This document shows, piece after piece, positions 41,194 through 44,241 of a DNA stretch of 44,241 nt. The DNA is from Escherichia phage vB_EcoP_KAW1A4500, in sequence record MK373773.1; one strand, 5' to 3'. The stretch's first letter is position 1. Every line of letters begins with the position of its first letter. Made by a program: the position numbers and the translations under genes. The notes beneath the pieces were generated by a model. It was not told the origin of the DNA. It saw nothing but the letters and a program-made list of their open reading frames with translations, and did not search any database.

Positions 41194-43629
41194 ATGATTC
41201 AAAGACTAGGTTCTTCATTAGTTAAATTCAAGAGTAAAATAGCAGGTGCAATCTGGCGTAACTTGGATGACAAGCTCACCGAGGTTGTATCGCTTAAAGA
41301 TTTTGGAGCCAAAGGTGATGGTAAGACAAACGACCAAGATGCAGTAAATGCAGCTATGGCTTCAGGTAAGAGAATTGATGGTGCTGGTGCTACTTACAAA
41401 GTATCATCTTTACCTGATATGGAGCGATTCTATAACACCCGCTTCGTATGGGAACGTTTAGCAGGTCAACCTCTTTACTATGTGAGTAAAGGTTTTATCA
41501 ATGGTGAACTATATAAAATCACGGATAACCCTTATTACAATGCTTGGCCTCAAGACAAAGCGTTTGTATATGAGAACGTGATATATGCACCTTACATGGG
41601 TAGTGACCGTCATGGTGTTAGTCGTCTGCATGTATCATGGGTTAAGTCTGGTGACGATGGTCAAACATGGTCTACACCAGAGTGGTTAACTGATCTGCAT
41701 CCAGATTACCCTACAGTGAACTATCATTGTATGAGTATGGGTGTATGTCGCAACCGTCTGTTTGCCATGATTGAAACACGTACTTTAGCCAAGAACGCAC
41801 TAACCAATTGTGCATTGTGGGATCGCCCTATGTCTCGTAGTCTGCATCTTACTGGTGGTATCACTAAGGCTGCAAATCAGCGTTATGCAACAATCCATGT
41901 ACCTGATCACGGATTATTCGTGGGCGATTTTGTTAGCTTCTCTAATTCTGCGGTAACAGGTGTAACTGGTGATATGAAAGTTGCAACAGTTATAGATAAG
42001 GACAACTTCACGGTTCTTACAGCCAATCAGCAGACCTCTGATTTGAACAATGCTGGAAAGAATTGGCACATGGGTACTTCCTTCCATAAGTCTCCATGGC
42101 GTAAGACAGATCTTGGCCTGATACCTCGTGTCACTGAAGTTCATAGCTTTGCTACTATTGATAACAATGGCTTTGTTATGGGTTATCACCAAGGCGACGT
42201 AGCTCCACGCGAAGTTGGTCTTTTCTACTTCCCTGATGCTTTTAACAATCCATCTAATTATGTTCGTCGTCAGATACCATCTGAGTACGAACCGGATGCT
42301 GCAGAGCCATGCATCAAGTACTATGACGGTGTGTTATACCTTATCACTCGTGGTACTCGTGGTGACAGGCTTGGAAGCTCTTTGCATCGCAGTAGAGATA
42401 TAGGTCAAACTTGGGAGTCACTAAGATTTCCACATAATGTGCATCATACTACTTTACCGTTTGCTAAGGTAGGAGATGATCTTATTATGTTTGGTTCAGA
42501 ACGTGCAGAAAATGAATGGGAAGCAGGTGCACCTGATGATCGTTACAAGGCATCTTATCCCCGCACCTTCTATGCACGATTGAATGTAAACAAGTGGAGT
42601 GCAGATGACATTGAATGGGTTAACATCACAGACCAAATCTATCAGGGTGACATTGTTAACTCCAGTGTAGGTGTAGGTTCGGTGGTAGTTAAAGACAGTT
42701 ACATTTACTATATCTTTGGTGGTGAAAACCATTTCAACCCAATGACTTATGGTGACAACAAAGATAAAGACCCATTTATTGGACATGGACACCCTACTGA
42801 TATATACTGCTATAAGATGCAGATTGCAAATGACAGTCGTGTATCTCGTAAGTTTACATATGGTGCAACTCCTGGTCAGGCTATACCTACTTTCATGGGT
42901 ACTGATGGTATTCGTACTATTCCTGCTCCACTTCACTTATCAGGAGAGGTAGTTGCCGCAGATATGACTGTAGAACATCTTACCCTGAAGGCGAGTACAA
43001 GTGCTAATATTCGCTCAGAGATGCTGATGGAAGGTGAATATGGGTTCATTGGTAAGACTATACCAACGGATAACCCAACCGCACAACGTGTTATCATCTC
43101 GGGTGGAGAAGGTACAGCAGCAGATAAAGGTGCTCAGATTACCCTACATGGAGCAGGTTCTAGTACTTCTAGACGCGCAGTGTATAATGCCAATGAGCAC
43201 TTGTTCAAAAGTGGGGCTATCATGCCATACAACGATAACCTGTACCCTGCTGGCGGTCCTCATAATAGATTCACCACTATCCATCTTACAAGTGACCCTA
43301 TTATTACATCGGATGCCACTCATAAGTATGGCTCACAAGGTATTGATGAGAGTGTACTAAAGGCATGGGGTAAGGTTGCCTTCAAGCAGTACAAGTTGAT
43401 TGGCGAGATGTCTCGTGGTGTGCATCACACTCACTTTGGTGTATTGGCACAAGACATTGTAGCTGCTTTTGCATCCGAAGGGTTAGATGCAATCGACTTC
43501 GGCATTGTCTCCTTCGAAGAAGGTCAGTTTGGTGTTAGATATAGTGAAATCTTAATCTTGGAGGCTGCTTATACTCGCTATCGTTTAGACAAGTTAGAGG
43601 AGATGTATGCCACTAATAAAAGCAGTTAA
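41194..43629 (+). CDS. Endo-N-acetylneuraminidase (endosialidase) tailspike, 811 aa
   Basis: Two Asp-box sialidase motifs (SGDDGQTW, SRDIGQTW); N-terminus MIQRLGSSLVKFKSKIAG...GAKGDGKTND and 811-aa length match K1E/K1-5 endosialidase as recalled. Confidence 0.88.
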   Translation: MIQRLGSSLVKFKSKIAGAIWRNLDDKLTEVVSLKDFGAKGDGKTNDQDAVNAAMASGKRIDGAGATYKVSSLPDMERFYNTRFVWERLAGQPLYYVSKGFINGELYKITDNPYYNAWPQDKAFVYENVIYAPYMGSDRHGVSRLHVSWVKSGDDGQTWSTPEWLTDLHPDYPTVNYHCMSMGVCRNRLFAMIETRTLAKNALTNCALWDRPMSRSLHLTGGITKAANQRYATIHVPDHGLFVGDFVSFSNSAVTGVTGDMKVATVIDKDNFTVLTANQQTSDLNNAGKNWHMGTSFHKSPWRKTDLGLIPRVTEVHSFATIDNNGFVMGYHQGDVAPREVGLFYFPDAFNNPSNYVRRQIPSEYEPDAAEPCIKYYDGVLYLITRGTRGDRLGSSLHRSRDIGQTWESLRFPHNVHHTTLPFAKVGDDLIMFGSERAENEWEAGAPDDRYKASYPRTFYARLNVNKWSADDIEWVNITDQIYQGDIVNSSVGVGSVVVKDSYIYYIFGGENHFNPMTYGDNKDKDPFIGHGHPTDIYCYKMQIANDSRVSRKFTYGATPGQAIPTFMGTDGIRTIPAPLHLSGEVVAADMTVEHLTLKASTSANIRSEMLMEGEYGFIGKTIPTDNPTAQRVIISGGEGTAADKGAQITLHGAGSSTSRRAVYNANEHLFKSGAIMPYNDNLYPAGGPHNRFTTIHLTSDPIITSDATHKYGSQGIDESVLKAWGKVAFKQYKLIGEMSRGVHHTHFGVLAQDIVAAFASEGLDAIDFGIVSFEEGQFGVRYSEILILEAAYTRYRLDKLEEMYATNKSS

Positions 43630-43756
43630 GCAAGCTGCTGTACGCCAGAACATAGAAGAGCTTATTCAATCAGGACGTGACCCTAAGCAGGCTTATGCCA
43701 TTGCTAAGGGTGTACAACGTCGTGTCATGAAGAAACCTTCTGCATCTTCTGCGTGA
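43607..43756 (+). CDS. Small basic protein (49 aa), last gene before right terminal repeat
   Basis: ATG at 43607 after GAGGAG, overlapping the endosialidase 3-prime end in another frame; below ORF-track cutoff. Confidence 0.35.
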   Translation: MPLIKAVKQAAVRQNIEELIQSGRDPKQAYAIAKGVQRRVMKKPSASSA

Positions 43757-43974
43757 GCAGGTTAATATCTTAGTGTACACAAGGGCAGACCTAGGTTTGC
43801 TCTTAGTGCCATCAAAGGAGGGTGTAGGTATGTTATCTTTGTTGTGTATACTCAGTGATGTCCTAGGTCGTAAGAGGTACATTCTTAGTGAAGACCAAAT
43901 AAGGGACGAGAAGATACGGAGGTCGCTCACAAAGTAACCAAAGTCAAAATTTTGATATAGGCGTGTGTGAGGTG

Positions 43975-44241
43975 TCTCGCCCTCGCCCTCGCCGGATTTC
44001 CCCCATATGGGGCCGCGCTGCGGTTGGCTTGGGAGTTGGGCTGGGCTGGTCCGTCTTCGACGGGTGGCCTAGGGCTTGCCGAGGTCTGCTCTTAGTGGCT
44101 GCACAAGGAGAACGCCTAGGAAGCGCTAGGGCACGCCTTAGTATTGGACAAGGTGATTGCCTTAGTGCAACCGCTTAGGGCTTACACAGGCCGTTTTAGG
44201 GCCATTCCTGAGCTTTTGACAGGGTGGGCGTGGGTGGGCTA
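43975..44241. repeat. Right direct terminal repeat (DTR), 267 bp
   Basis: Identical to 1..267; preceded by CTTAGTG-type short repeats at about 43770..43890. Confidence 0.9.

Noticed and set aside
1-44241. CRISPR array, tRNA genes, integrase, repressor or transposase
   Set aside because: No regularly spaced repeat-spacer array, no cloverleaf-compatible tRNA candidates noticed, and no ORF with recombinase or transposase motifs; consistent with a strictly lytic T7-type genome.

Overview
The window is a complete linear genome (about 44.2 kb) of an SP6/K1E-like T7-supergroup podophage (Autographiviridae), bounded by identical 267-bp direct terminal repeats (1..267 and 43975..44241). All credible genes are on the + strand. 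Order: host-promoter-driven early region with an Ocr DNA mimic; single-subunit RNA polymerase; an origin-like region with tandem phage promoters; gp1.1-like protein, primase/helicase, DNA polymerase, exonuclease, endonuclease VII, phosphoesterase, DNA ligase, GNAT acetyltransferase; portal, scaffold, capsid, tail tubular A/B, three internal virion proteins, tail-fibre-type adaptor; holin, small and large terminase; three tandem paralogs; M15-type endolysin, spanin candidates; a truncated tailspike remnant and an 811-aa endosialidase (K1 capsule type). At least ten SP6-type phage promoters (consensus ATTTACTGGACACTATAGAAGAG) are read directly from the sequence. Unexplained structure: (1) a 16-18 bp perfect palindrome (TGTCTCAC/GTGAGACA arms) at six intergenic sites; (2) an AT-rich TAGG-repeat element recurring downstream of three phage promoters; (3) frame disruptions in two essential genes (RNA polymerase once, helicase domain at least three times) while every other large gene is intact, which points to sequence errors or a non-viable template; (4) a 294-aa early protein in the position where T7 carries its protein kinase. 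No tRNA, CRISPR array, integrase or transposase was seen. All homology statements rest on reading translated ORFs against remembered family sequences and motifs; no database search was run.
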